A DNA stretch of 64,000 nucleotides from Gammaproteobacteria bacterium (lineage in GTDB: Bacteria > Pseudomonadota > Gammaproteobacteria > Eutrophobiales > Eutrophobiaceae). The stretch is taken from contig CBDFNQ010000037.1 of NCBI GenBank assembly GCA_965250225.1, forward strand, positions 72,862-136,861. The letters run 5' to 3'. The position numbers and the translations under genes were made by a program. The notes under the pieces were generated by a model that searched no databases, was not told the origin of the DNA, and saw nothing but the letters and a program-made list of their open reading frames with translations. Numbering within the stretch: the first letter of the stretch is position 1; every line of letters starts with the position of its first letter. Below are positions 9,917-19,469 of the stretch, one piece after another.

Positions 9917-10588
9917 TTATTTTGCTGGAATCGCTAACTGATTTTGTAGACGATATAACCGCTCAGGAGTTCCAATATCCCGCCATTTTCCGTGATATAT
10001 TTCAGCGGATATTAACTTTTTTGCTGAGAGTTTTTTGAATAACGGCGCCAAAGGAAAGACTCCTGGTTTTGTGTGGGCAAAAAATTCTTTTTTATATACC
10101 CCTATTCCACTAAAGGTATAAGATTCATCTGACTCATTGATTAATAAGGTATTTTTAACCCCAAAATCGCCCTCTGGATTATGCTCAGGGTTTTCTACCA
10201 ATACCAAATGAGCCAGGCCTTTCAGTTTTTTCGGCAGCTTTGTATAATTATAATCTGTCCAGACATCGGCATTTACTACAATGAAGGGGTCTGAATGTAT
10301 TAAGGGTAAGGCATTCAAAATGCCGCCGCCTGTTTCAAGGATATTTTCGCCTTCCCTGGAAATCTGGAATGTGCTGTCTTGGGGGTGATTTTCTGTGATG
10401 TAGTTCTCAATTTTCTCACCAAAGTGTCCACAATTGACGACAAAATTACGGATGCCTGCTTGCATGAGTTTTTCTATCTGATATTCAATCAGGGGCTTGC
10501 CATTCACTTCGAGCAAGGCTTTTGGGCGATCTTTTGTCAATGGAAGCATTCGCTTGCCACGACCTGCAGCCAGAATCATGGCATACAT
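9917..10588 (-). CDS. murU: Sugar-1-phosphate nucleotidyltransferase, MurU-like (MurNAc-alpha-1-P uridylyltransferase)
   Basis: The N-terminal motif ILAAGRGKRMLPLT is present. The protein is about 220 aa and is translationally coupled (ATGA overlap at 10576-10579) to an upstream AmgK-like kinase, as in the Pseudomonas-type recycling pathway. Confidence 0.65.
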   Translation of the reverse strand: MYAMILAAGRGKRMLPLTKDRPKALLEVNGKPLIEYQIEKLMQAGIRNFVVNCGHFGEKIENYITENHPQDSTFQISREGENILETGGGILNALPLIHSDPFIVVNADVWTDYNYTKLPKKLKGLAHLVLVENPEHNPEGDFGVKNTLLINESDESYTFSGIGVYKKEFFAHTKPGVFPLAPLFKKLSAKKLISAEIYHGKWRDIGTPERLYRLQNQLAIPAK

Positions 10589-11574
10589 TGTTGATTTTTC
10601 TCGTCTAAAATCGGTAAAACTCTACTTTCGATTAGCTCAACTAACAGTGCCAGCTCAGCAAATTCTTGCTTTAGATCGGTGATATAACTCAAAGTTCGAT
10701 GGATATCCTGTAAATAACCTGTTTTTCCATCTCGATGATATAACCTGGCGAAAATACCGCTGGCCTTTAGGTGACGTTGCACACCCATTAAATGAAAGCC
10801 GTTTAAAAAATCTCCCTCCGACACACCATGCTTTTGTAACTCGATATCCTGGTAAAAACCTATGGCCCATTGCTGTACTATCTCAAGCGGCCACTTGATA
10901 TAACAATCCTTAAGCAACGAAACCAGGTCATAGCTCACCGGGCCAAGCACAGCATCCTGATGATCAATGATCCCTGGATTATTGTCTTTGACGTAAAGCA
11001 GGTTTCGACTGTGATAATCCCTGTGTACGAAAACAGTAGGCTGATTCAAAGCACTGTTAACCAAAAGCGAAAATATTTTGTCAATTTGTACATTTTCTTG
11101 TTTGCTTAAGACCACGCCCAAGTGCTTACCAATTAACCACTCCCTAAACAATGCCATCTCATCGTATAACATTTTACTGGAATAATGAGGCAACCCAACC
11201 GTATCCACTTTTTTCTGAATCGCCACTAAAGAACGGATAGCGTCAGAATAATAACTACTGACAGAGGTGTCATTTAGCACGTCGAAGTACTGTGTCTCAC
11301 CAAAATCCGTCATTACGAGGATCCCTTCAGCCTGATTTTGATAAAAAATAGCTGGGACATTCACCCCAGCTTTTTGTAACCGTCCTGTTATGTCTATAAA
11401 TGGAGCGGTAGACTCCTTGTCAGGAGGCGCATCCATAATGATAAATGACTGCTTTTTTGTCTTTATTCGATAATATTTTCGAAAACTGGCATCCTCTGAA
11501 GCCAACTCCAAGCGATCAAAGTCATCGCCGATTTCCTGTCTCAGATACTGTTCGATTTGTTCTTTTCGTTTCAT
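10576..11574 (-). CDS. amgK: Aminoglycoside-phosphotransferase-fold kinase, AmgK-like (anomeric MurNAc/GlcNAc kinase)
   Basis: The APH/choline-kinase Brenner motif VHRDYHSRNLL is present. The gene is paired with a murU-like gene. Confidence 0.6.
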   Translation of the reverse strand: MKRKEQIEQYLRQEIGDDFDRLELASEDASFRKYYRIKTKKQSFIIMDAPPDKESTAPFIDITGRLQKAGVNVPAIFYQNQAEGILVMTDFGETQYFDVLNDTSVSSYYSDAIRSLVAIQKKVDTVGLPHYSSKMLYDEMALFREWLIGKHLGVVLSKQENVQIDKIFSLLVNSALNQPTVFVHRDYHSRNLLYVKDNNPGIIDHQDAVLGPVSYDLVSLLKDCYIKWPLEIVQQWAIGFYQDIELQKHGVSEGDFLNGFHLMGVQRHLKASGIFARLYHRDGKTGYLQDIHRTLSYITDLKQEFAELALLVELIESRVLPILDEKNQQCMP

Positions 11575-11667
11575 TTATTGGCTTTTGAATATTAAAGGAA
11601 AGTAACGCTATCGCTACAAAAAGAAATATCTGGCATCATTCATTTTTTTCGCAATAAAAACAACACC

Positions 11668-12633
11668 ATGTTACTAGCATCACTCGGCATTATACTTGGA
11701 TTATTTTTACTGGCCTATGGGGCCGACCGTTTTGTTTCCGGTGCAGCCAGCATTGCCAGGGGTCTCGGTGTCTCGCCCATGATAATCGGTTTGACCATCG
11801 TTAGCCTGGCAACCTCGATGCCCGAAATGCTGGTCGGTTCCGTTGCCGCCTTTAATGGCAAAACACTTCTTGCTATTGGGAATGCCCTGGGCTCTAACAT
11901 TACCAATACCAGTCTCGTTCTCGGCGTCACTGTATTACTAATGCCGATAACCGTCGCGTCAAAAACCATACGTCACGAATACACCATTATGATCTCGTCC
12001 ATGGTGATTGCTCTATTGCTAATGCTCAATCTTGATTTAACCAGGGTTGATGGCTTTCTTCTTTCTTTTTCTGTTGTTGTTGTAGCCTACCTTCTTATTC
12101 GTGCTACAAAAAATGCGTCTGCAGACGATCCTTTCAAAGACGAACTGATCGATGAGATTCCTATGACACACAGCACTGCAAAAGCCTCATTTTTATTTAT
12201 TTTAGGCTTGCTGTTATTGCTTGGTGGCGCACATCTTCTGGTGACTAATTCTGTACTTATTGCTAAAAGCTTTGGCATCAGTGACCTGGTCATTGGTTTA
12301 ACCATTGTAGCAGTAGGAACCAGCCTGCCCGAACTGGCGGCCTCAGTTATGAGTGCATTGAAAAATGAAGCGGATATTGCTGTTGGGAATGTTATAGGAT
12401 CAAATATTTTTAATATTTTAATTGTACTGGGTATCCCTGCTATCATTAACCCCGTTGAATTTGATTCAATCGTATTGACACGTGATTTTTTAGCAATGAT
12501 TCTTTTAGCTTTGCTATTAGGCTGGATGTTGATCTTCAATACACCTAGTAAGTTTTCTCGAATGAATGGTCTGGTTTTATTCCTTTGCTTTATCGCTTAT
12601 CAAAATATTATATATATTACAGCTAGCCAATAA
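11668..12633 (+). CDS. yrbG: Ca2+/Na+ antiporter family inner membrane protein (YrbG-like)
   Basis: Two alpha-repeat motifs are present (GNALGSNITNTSLVLG and GNVIGSNIFNILIVLG). The protein is polytopic. The gene lies upstream of kdsD as in enterobacteria. Confidence 0.8.
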   Translation: MLLASLGIILGLFLLAYGADRFVSGAASIARGLGVSPMIIGLTIVSLATSMPEMLVGSVAAFNGKTLLAIGNALGSNITNTSLVLGVTVLLMPITVASKTIRHEYTIMISSMVIALLLMLNLDLTRVDGFLLSFSVVVVAYLLIRATKNASADDPFKDELIDEIPMTHSTAKASFLFILGLLLLLGGAHLLVTNSVLIAKSFGISDLVIGLTIVAVGTSLPELAASVMSALKNEADIAVGNVIGSNIFNILIVLGIPAIINPVEFDSIVLTRDFLAMILLALLLGWMLIFNTPSKFSRMNGLVLFLCFIAYQNIIYITASQ

Positions 12634-12638
12634 TTATC

Positions 12639-13622
12639 ATGAATGACATAAGCAATAAAAAATTAATCAGGCTCGGCCAAGCCGTGATCAAAATTGAATC
12701 CGAATCTGTCAAACAATTACACAGCCGAATCGATGATTCTTTTTCAACAGCCTGCCGAATAATTCTTGCCTGCAGTGGAAGAGTCATTTGTATCGGCATG
12801 GGTAAATCAGGACATATTGGAGGCAAGATTGCTGCAACCCTTGCCAGCACAGGAACGCCTGCTTTTTTTGTTCATCCGGGCGAAGCCAGTCATGGTGATC
12901 TCGGCATGGTTACTGTTAAAGATGTTGTTATTGCACTGTCAAATTCCGGCGAAACAGAAGAACTGCTGACATTATTACCTATCATTAAACGCCTTAACAT
13001 CCCTCTCATCGCCATCACTGGCAACAAAGACTCAACTCTTTCTAAGGCTGCCCGCGCAGTACTGGATGTCAGTGTTGAAAAAGAAGCCTGTCCACTAGGG
13101 TTGGCACCAACATCGAGTACCACTGCTGCTTTAGCAATTGGTGATGCCCTGGCCGTGGCCTTATTAACTGCGCGAGGTTTCGATGAAAATGATTTTGCCT
13201 TATCGCATCCCGGTGGCTCATTGGGAAGAAGATTATTACTTCATGTCTCAGACATCATGCATACTGGCAATGAAATTCCAGTCGTTTCACCACAAACACC
13301 GTTCACTGAGCTCTTATTGGTAATGACAGAAAAAGGTTTGGGTACCACAATTATCACAGAACAAAATGGTCAGGATATATTGGGTATTTTTACCGATGGC
13401 GATATCCGCAGGGTATTTGATATGCAGACCGATCTGAAACAAGCTACTGCCGCAGACATTATGATCAAAGATTGCAAAACTGTTAATCAATCTTTACTAG
13501 CTGCAGAAGCCTTACAAATAATGGAATCCAGCAAAATAAATGCTCTTCCAGTCGTTAACGATAATGATCAGTTAGTTGGTATCATTAATATGCACGATCT
13601 GCTCAGAGCCAAGGTTGTTTAA
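12639..13622 (+). CDS. kdsD: Arabinose-5-phosphate isomerase KdsD (SIS plus tandem CBS)
   Basis: The SIS motif is GMGKSGHIGGKIAATLASTGTPAFFVHPGEASHGDLGM. A C-terminal CBS pair is present. Confidence 0.9.
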   Translation: MNDISNKKLIRLGQAVIKIESESVKQLHSRIDDSFSTACRIILACSGRVICIGMGKSGHIGGKIAATLASTGTPAFFVHPGEASHGDLGMVTVKDVVIALSNSGETEELLTLLPIIKRLNIPLIAITGNKDSTLSKAARAVLDVSVEKEACPLGLAPTSSTTAALAIGDALAVALLTARGFDENDFALSHPGGSLGRRLLLHVSDIMHTGNEIPVVSPQTPFTELLLVMTEKGLGTTIITEQNGQDILGIFTDGDIRRVFDMQTDLKQATAADIMIKDCKTVNQSLLAAEALQIMESSKINALPVVNDNDQLVGIINMHDLLRAKVV

Positions 13623-14155
13623 TGAATAATAAGAACAAATTCTTGAAAACAGCTAAAGATATTAAACTTGTCGTGTTTGATGTCGATGGCGTACTCACAG
13701 ATGGCAAACTGTTTCTTGGAGAGAATGGAAATGAGTATAAAGCTTTTCATGTTCAAGATGGGCTTGGGCTTGTTCTGCTTTTGCAAAATGGTTTTGAAGT
13801 GGCTGTTATCACTGCACGCACATCCAATATTGTTGCTGAAAGAATGCAAGCTCTTGGGATCAAATATCTTTATCAGGGCCAGAACAATAAAGAAGCTGCC
13901 CTTGATAAATTAATCAAAACTCTAAACATTCAAAAACAAGAAGTCGCTTATATTGGAGATGATCTGATAGACCTCCCAGCCATGAAACTAGCTGGCCTGG
14001 CCGTTGCTGTTAACAACGCTCATGACTATGTGAAGGAATATGCGGACTTTGTCACTGAAAAGAATGGCGGGGAGGGCGCGGCACGCGAAGTCTGTGAACT
14101 GATCCTGGAAGCTGCAGGAAAGCTTGAAACTATCTGTAAAAACTATCTCACTTAA
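13622..14155 (+). CDS. kdsC: 3-deoxy-D-manno-octulosonate 8-phosphate phosphatase KdsC (HAD)
   Basis: The HAD motif I VFDVDGVLTDG and the motif YIGDDLIDLP are present. The gene lies directly after kdsD with an overlapping stop and start. Confidence 0.85.
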   Translation: MNNKNKFLKTAKDIKLVVFDVDGVLTDGKLFLGENGNEYKAFHVQDGLGLVLLLQNGFEVAVITARTSNIVAERMQALGIKYLYQGQNNKEAALDKLIKTLNIQKQEVAYIGDDLIDLPAMKLAGLAVAVNNAHDYVKEYADFVTEKNGGEGAAREVCELILEAAGKLETICKNYLT

Positions 14156-14161
14156 ATTATT

Positions 14162-15079
14162 TTAACTCCAGGAATTGTACAAGGCAACAATCTGTGGAAC
14201 ATAGTGGTCCACCAGCAGAAAGGCAAACAACGCCATTAAATAAATAATAGAGTAAGAAAATGTCTGCATAGCCAACCGATCCTCATGATCATATAACATC
14301 CTCACAGAATAATAGATAAAACCCAATCCGAGGCCAACCGCACCCAACAGATACAATGGCCCACTCATATAAGTAAGATAAGGCAACAAACTTACAATAA
14401 ATAAAATAATTGTATAAAAAAAGATGTGCCACCGGGTTATTGCAACACCATGGGTCACTGGCAACATCGGTATATCTACTTTGGCGTAATCCTCACGACG
14501 ATAAATCGCAAGAGCCCAAAAATGTGGCGGCGTCCAGACAAAAACAATTAAAAATAATAATAAAGAATTCGGGTCCAGCACGCCTGTAACTGCAGTCCAG
14601 CCAAGCACCGGCGGCGCTGCACCTGCTGCACCACCAATCACAATATTTTGTGGCGTTGCTCTCTTTAAATACATCGAATACACAAAGCCGTAACCAATCA
14701 AAGACACTAACGTTAATATTGCTGTCAAAGTATTTATAAAAACTATCAATATTGTCATGGCAATGACAGCGAGGACAAACGCAAAAATTATAGCTGAGCG
14801 CTGAGAAAGATTTCCTTTGGGTAATGGCCTTTTTTTTGTCCTGGCCATAATTCCGTCAATGTGTTGATCAACCAACTGATTAACTGCCGCCGCAGATGCC
14901 GCTGCCAGCCCAATGCCAAGCGTGCCAAAAACAAGCGTTTCCAATGGCACCATCCCAGGAACTGCCATAAACATACCAACCACTGCAGTAAACACTATCA
15001 ACGCGACGATATTTGGCTTGGTCAACGCCAGATAATCTCGCCATATTGTACTGCTTTGAATACTTGCTTCGTTATTCAC
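14162..15079 (-). CDS. cyoE: Protoheme IX farnesyltransferase (heme o synthase)
   Basis: UbiA-family motifs are present ([31 protein letters not shown]). The likely start is GTG 15079, overlapping the ctaA stop (GTGAATAA). The maximal ORF reaches 15133. Confidence 0.85.
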   Translation of the reverse strand: MNNEASIQSSTIWRDYLALTKPNIVALIVFTAVVGMFMAVPGMVPLETLVFGTLGIGLAAASAAAVNQLVDQHIDGIMARTKKRPLPKGNLSQRSAIIFAFVLAVIAMTILIVFINTLTAILTLVSLIGYGFVYSMYLKRATPQNIVIGGAAGAAPPVLGWTAVTGVLDPNSLLLFLIVFVWTPPHFWALAIYRREDYAKVDIPMLPVTHGVAITRWHIFFYTIILFIVSLLPYLTYMSGPLYLLGAVGLGLGFIYYSVRMLYDHEDRLAMQTFSYSIIYLMALFAFLLVDHYVPQIVALYNSWS

Positions 15080-16097
15080 TGTTTGTTTCCCTGTCGAACA
15101 CAACCGATGCCGAACAATACAAAAGGGCGCCAACGCTGATTAATAAAAGCGCGGCAACGCCATTATGCGCAACCGCAATGGCTATGGGCAATACCAGTTT
15201 AATATTTAAAAAACCAAGCACAAGCTGAATGATCAACAACACAAGGACAACCTTTCCAAACAAACGTAAAACTGTATCGCTTGTCAACATCGCCTTTAGT
15301 GACACAAGCAAGACTACGCAGAAAGTTATTAATGCACCGAGACGGTGCGTCATGTGTATCGCTGTTCTGGCATCTGCTTCAAGCAAACCATATTCATAAT
15401 TTTTCCCAAGCCCGGTCCAGAAGGTAAAACCATTTTTAAAATCCATCGGTGGCAACCATTCGCCTCGGCATGTTGGAAAATCCGGACAAACCAGTGCGGC
15501 ATAATTTGCGCTAGTCCAGCCACCAAGCAAAATTTGTCCATAAACCACAATGAGTCCTAACAAGGCATACGGAAATAATTTATTTCTTTGTTGATTATTT
15601 GCGCCGTCACTTAAATTCAACGATCCACATAACAACCAGGATAATAATAAAAACACTGCCATGCCACCAAGCAAATGGCCCATAACGATCACAGGCTTTA
15701 ATTGCAGAGTCACTGTCCACATTCCCAACAGTGCCTGAAATACAATTAAAGCCAATAATATTAATGGCAATGTAATTGAAATGCCGTATTTTTTTCTTCT
15801 CTTACAAGCAATCAAAAACAAGATTAAAACCAGCAACCCCAAAGTGCCAGCCGCATAGCGGTGGCTCATTTCCTTCTGGGCCTTGCCTGCCTCAACGGGA
15901 CGATCTGGAAATGCCTGGTTCGCATCTGTCACCTCTGCGCTCTCAACTGGCACTATTATCTTGCCATAACACCCAGGCCAATCCGGGCAACCCAGACCCG
16001 CATCAGAAAGACGAACGTAAGCGCCTAGCGTAATAACAACAAAAGCAAGTAATATTGTAATGATCAGTGTTTGCTTAAAGGCTTTTTCAGAAAACAT
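15072..16097 (-). CDS. ctaA: Heme a synthase (COX15/CtaA)
   Basis: The protein is polytopic with [12 protein letters not shown] and CPDFPTC cysteine motifs and conserved His residues ([14 protein letters not shown]). It sits in the oxidase biogenesis cluster. Confidence 0.8.
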   Translation of the reverse strand: MFSEKAFKQTLIITILLAFVVITLGAYVRLSDAGLGCPDWPGCYGKIIVPVESAEVTDANQAFPDRPVEAGKAQKEMSHRYAAGTLGLLVLILFLIACKRRKKYGISITLPLILLALIVFQALLGMWTVTLQLKPVIVMGHLLGGMAVFLLLSWLLCGSLNLSDGANNQQRNKLFPYALLGLIVVYGQILLGGWTSANYAALVCPDFPTCRGEWLPPMDFKNGFTFWTGLGKNYEYGLLEADARTAIHMTHRLGALITFCVVLLVSLKAMLTSDTVLRLFGKVVLVLLIIQLVLGFLNIKLVLPIAIAVAHNGVAALLLISVGALLYCSASVVFDRETNSE

Positions 16098-16109
16098 ACG
16101 AATAACAGA

Positions 16110-16715
16110 CTAACCAATCCTTGATGCCCTAATTAATACTTTTAAGTCTTCGATAATTCCATAAGGATCCGCATCAGATTCATAGCTCATCATCAAATTA
16201 CCAAGCGGATCGATGATATAAATTCTGTTTTTAGAATAGGGATTCTCGTCAACTTTAACCTTAAATGTATTTATGAAGGCTTGGTCAACATCCTCCTTCG
16301 ATAATATTAACTGGCCCTGGTATTCTTCTGTAAATGCAGTGTTATATAGGTCTTTAGTTATGCTGTCTAAAATGACAACTCGTTGAACTCGGTGGGCATG
16401 CTTACCTTCTGCTAATCTTATTTGCCGGATCTTATACATATTCTCCTGACATTTTTTCTCGCAGACACCGCTATTCAGAAATGCGAGGCTCCATTTCCCA
16501 AATAATGGTTTTTTTTCACTAGCATATACATCATGAAGCTCTATCTCAGCCAATGGCCTGGCCGGCGTAATTAAATCGCCATTGTTTTTGAACGTTGATG
16601 AACTCTTTGAAAAATTCAAATAATAGTAAGAAACAAATATAGGCGAAAGGAAAAACAAAAAAAGTCCGATCAGGGACAGATTATTTTTTATTCTGTTAGT
16701 TTTTTTTGTGTCCAT
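16110..16715 (-). CDS. Membrane-anchored thioredoxin-fold-like protein with a CxxxC motif (SCO1/SenC-like candidate oxidase assembly factor)
   Basis: It has an N-terminal TM helix and the motif GVCEKKCQ (CxxxC). It lies between SURF1 and ctaA. The assignment rests on context and the motif only. Confidence 0.4.
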   Translation of the reverse strand: MDTKKTNRIKNNLSLIGLFLFFLSPIFVSYYYLNFSKSSSTFKNNGDLITPARPLAEIELHDVYASEKKPLFGKWSLAFLNSGVCEKKCQENMYKIRQIRLAEGKHAHRVQRVVILDSITKDLYNTAFTEEYQGQLILSKEDVDQAFINTFKVKVDENPYSKNRIYIIDPLGNLMMSYESDADPYGIIEDLKVLIRASRIG

Positions 16716-17443
16716 TATTTTTTACGCTTTAGATTTAATGAAAAATGTATTGCTAACAAAACAAATGCAAACAGAAACCACTGGAGCGCATAAGCTATAT
16801 TTTTTTCTTTTCCAGAGCCAGGCTCACGCCATTGTCGTAAATAACCAATCTCTGAATCACTGCCCAATCGTATAACTCGTGTTTGCAGTTCAACTCCAAG
16901 CAACTCCGATAACTGGTCATACTCAATTCGCTGCACACGAAGAACCGTTTCTGAAAGTTTTTCCGCTTCTGTTTCCTCTAGCTTAATTCCGGTAAATGGC
17001 GCTTTTTTTAACATCCCCTCTAACTGGAGCTCACCTTCGAATTCATATAAATCCGGAAGCTGTGTACGATCCAGGTTGCCTTTAACCCAGCCCAGATTAA
17101 CTAGTATCCATTGTTCTGTATCAGAAAGATTAAATGGATAAAAAACATGATAGCCCGGTGTCCCCACATGACTTTGATTGTCCAGCAAGATCATAAACCG
17201 ATCATGAAATTGGCCAATCAGTTTAATTTTTTTCCATCCTTGTGTCTGTAAATTATCACGATTAAATTGATTGACTAAAACGGCTTCTTTTTCCAGTTCT
17301 GAAATAAATATGTCATGTTGTTTTTGTTTTTGTTCTGCTCGATCCAGCTGCCACATACCTAAAGAAATAAATGTGGGCAACAATATGATGGTCATCAATG
17401 TCGGCCAGAGCCCTGGAGAATATTCCCAATGATTAAACTGCAT
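16715..17443 (-). CDS. SURF1 family cytochrome oxidase biogenesis protein
   Basis: There are TM helices at both ends (LPTFISLGMWQLDRAEQK at the N-terminus, YALQWFLFAFVLLAI at the C-terminus), which is typical SURF1 architecture. It lies within the cox cluster. Confidence 0.75.
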   Translation of the reverse strand: MQFNHWEYSPGLWPTLMTIILLPTFISLGMWQLDRAEQKQKQHDIFISELEKEAVLVNQFNRDNLQTQGWKKIKLIGQFHDRFMILLDNQSHVGTPGYHVFYPFNLSDTEQWILVNLGWVKGNLDRTQLPDLYEFEGELQLEGMLKKAPFTGIKLEETEAEKLSETVLRVQRIEYDQLSELLGVELQTRVIRLGSDSEIGYLRQWREPGSGKEKNIAYALQWFLFAFVLLAIHFSLNLKRKK

Positions 17444-17521
17444 GAAATCCGGATAAGCTTGGCATTGCTCTTTAAATTATGGTTATATTAACTTTTTAAG
17501 TTACTTTATTTTTTCTGGCCT

Positions 17522-17764
17522 ATGGATGCACAACTCATTTTCAAGATCGTTGTTATTATTCTTTTAATCACCATTGTGATTTCACTGGCTGCAGGCATGG
17601 TGTTCCTGGTTAAAGATAAGGGCAAAACCGAAAGAACATTGACCTCATTAAAATTCAGGGTTTCTCTGTCAATATTTTTGTTTCTACTGGTTCTGGTTGG
17701 TTACAAACTTGGCTGGATCCAGCCCCATGGAATTGGTTCGACCCAGACAGAAAAGGCGCCGTAA
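17522..17764 (+). CDS. Twin-transmembrane-helix small protein (DUF2909-like)
   Basis: It is 80 aa with two hydrophobic helices. It sits on the opposite strand between SURF1 and ctaE, as in Pseudomonas-type aa3 clusters. Confidence 0.5.
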   Translation: MDAQLIFKIVVIILLITIVISLAAGMVFLVKDKGKTERTLTSLKFRVSLSIFLFLLVLVGYKLGWIQPHGIGSTQTEKAP

Positions 17765-17803
17765 GAACGACGCCTTTCATATGATAATTACTGCGCTGTT
17801 TCT

Positions 17804-18679
17804 TTAGAGAAAATATACAAAGATAAACAGTCCTAACCAGACCACGTCCACGAAGTGCCAATACCAGGCAACCCCTTCAAATGCAAAATGACTTTCCGGT
17901 GAGAAATGGCCCTTTAATGAACGGAAATAAATTACTGCCAGCATTGTCGCGCCCATGGTCACGTGGAAACCATGGAAGCCTGTCAAAATAAAGAAAGTAG
18001 AGCCATAAACACCTGAATTCAATGTCAGGTTCAGCTCATGATACGCGTGTCCATATTCACCAATCTGAAAATAGACAAAAATAAATCCCAGAACAACCGT
18101 TACCAATAACCACCAGGACAAGCCTGAACGATTATTATGTTTCAGTGCATGGTGTGCCAGGGTCACGGTCACACCGCTCGACAAGAGAATAATAGTGTTC
18201 AACAGCGGCACCCCGTTCCAGGGAATGACCTTCTCAAAAATACTGAAGTCTTCAGGTTTTGGGATAACATTTAATGGCCAGCTGGGAACAAAATCTGGCC
18301 AGAGAAACTGATGGGTCACAAAGCCAGCGCCTTCACCGCCCAGCCAGGGCACGCCCAAGACTCGAATGTAATACAAGGCGCCAAAGAAGGCCGCGAAAAA
18401 CATCACTTCCGATAAAATGAACCAGGACATTCCCCAACGGAAACTGACATCTACTTGCTTGTTGTAGCTGCCAGCGAGACTTTCATCTATGACCTCTGCA
18501 AACCAGCCTGCAAACATATAAACAACGGCGGCAATACCGATGCCCAAAATAAACGTTCCAAAACCAGAGCCGTTAAGCATCAATCCGCCACCGACAAATG
18601 ACGTGAACAACGCTAATGTGCCAACAATTGGCCAACGGCTTGGTTCTGGTATGTAATATTCACCCTGTGAATCTGACAT
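17804..18679 (-). CDS. ctaE: Cytochrome c oxidase subunit III
   Basis: The protein has seven TM helices and the C-terminal signature GFHGFHVTMGATMLAV...AWYWHFVDVVWLGLF. Confidence 0.9.
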   Translation of the reverse strand: MSDSQGEYYIPEPSRWPIVGTLALFTSFVGGGLMLNGSGFGTFILGIGIAAVVYMFAGWFAEVIDESLAGSYNKQVDVSFRWGMSWFILSEVMFFAAFFGALYYIRVLGVPWLGGEGAGFVTHQFLWPDFVPSWPLNVIPKPEDFSIFEKVIPWNGVPLLNTIILLSSGVTVTLAHHALKHNNRSGLSWWLLVTVVLGFIFVYFQIGEYGHAYHELNLTLNSGVYGSTFFILTGFHGFHVTMGATMLAVIYFRSLKGHFSPESHFAFEGVAWYWHFVDVVWLGLFIFVYFL

Positions 18680-18718
18680 AACTATTCCTCGTATAAAATT
18701 TATTATCTTTACTCTAAA

Positions 18719-19291
18719 TTAACTGTCTGAATTAGTATCAATCCCTGAATGTATTCCTGTTAAATCTTTTTTCGCAGGCGCCTCAAAAAACGTGTACGAC
18801 AAAACAAGCGATCCAAATCGTTCCGGCAAACCCGTACCAACAACGAATTTAACCACCATTTCCCGACTTTCTCCAGCCTCTAAACGCTGTTCATCAAAAC
18901 AAAAACATTCTGTTTTATTAAAAAACAATGAAGCCTGTGTTGGTGCCACACTGGGCACTGCCCGACCAATAATAGCTCGGCTCGACTTGTTATGAACAAA
19001 AAATCGTGCCTCGCCCAGCTCGCCGGGATGTACCTTAACCTTTCGTTCCACCGGCTTGAAATCCCAGGGCAGTTGGCGAACATTTGTATCAAACTGAACC
19101 GTGATGGTTCTTGTTTTATCAATCTCTGCTACAACGACTTCTTCTACAGAAATTTCACCTGTTTTGCCATTAAGTCCAGTGACATCGCAAAATACATCGT
19201 ACAAAGGCACCAGCAAAAAACCAAAACCAAACATGGCCACCGCTGCAACACATAATTTCGTTGCTGTTCGATTTATTGACCTCTCTGCCAC
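18719..19291 (-). CDS. ctaG: Cytochrome c oxidase assembly protein CtaG/Cox11
   Basis: The Cox11 motifs LVPLYDVFCDVTGLNG and NKTECFCFDEQRL (copper-binding CFCF) are present. Confidence 0.85.
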   Translation of the reverse strand: MAERSINRTATKLCVAAVAMFGFGFLLVPLYDVFCDVTGLNGKTGEISVEEVVVAEIDKTRTITVQFDTNVRQLPWDFKPVERKVKVHPGELGEARFFVHNKSSRAIIGRAVPSVAPTQASLFFNKTECFCFDEQRLEAGESREMVVKFVVGTGLPERFGSLVLSYTFFEAPAKKDLTGIHSGIDTNSDS

Positions 19292-19316
19292 AACTAACGA
19301 TCGCCAAGCAAAACGC

Positions 19317-19442
19317 TTAATCGAAATAATACATCAGGATAAAGCCCGCGTAGACACCAAACGCAAGCAGTCCCAAACCAATTGCCCATTTCACACTGGC
19401 AGCATTCCTCGCTGCCATATCGTTATCGTTCTTATCATCCAT
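19317..19442 (-). CDS. Small (41 aa) single-TM protein between ctaD and ctaG
   Basis: I translated this myself because it is below the ORF-track cutoff: MDDKNDNDMAARNAASVKWAIGLGLLAFGVYAGFILMYYFD. It has an ATG start and a TAA stop and fits the 178-nt ctaD-ctaG gap. It is plausibly an oxidase small subunit or assembly peptide. Confidence 0.35.
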   Translation of the reverse strand: MDDKNDNDMAARNAASVKWAIGLGLLAFGVYAGFILMYYFD

Positions 19443-19469
19443 TATTTTCTTATCACCTCATTATCAGGC

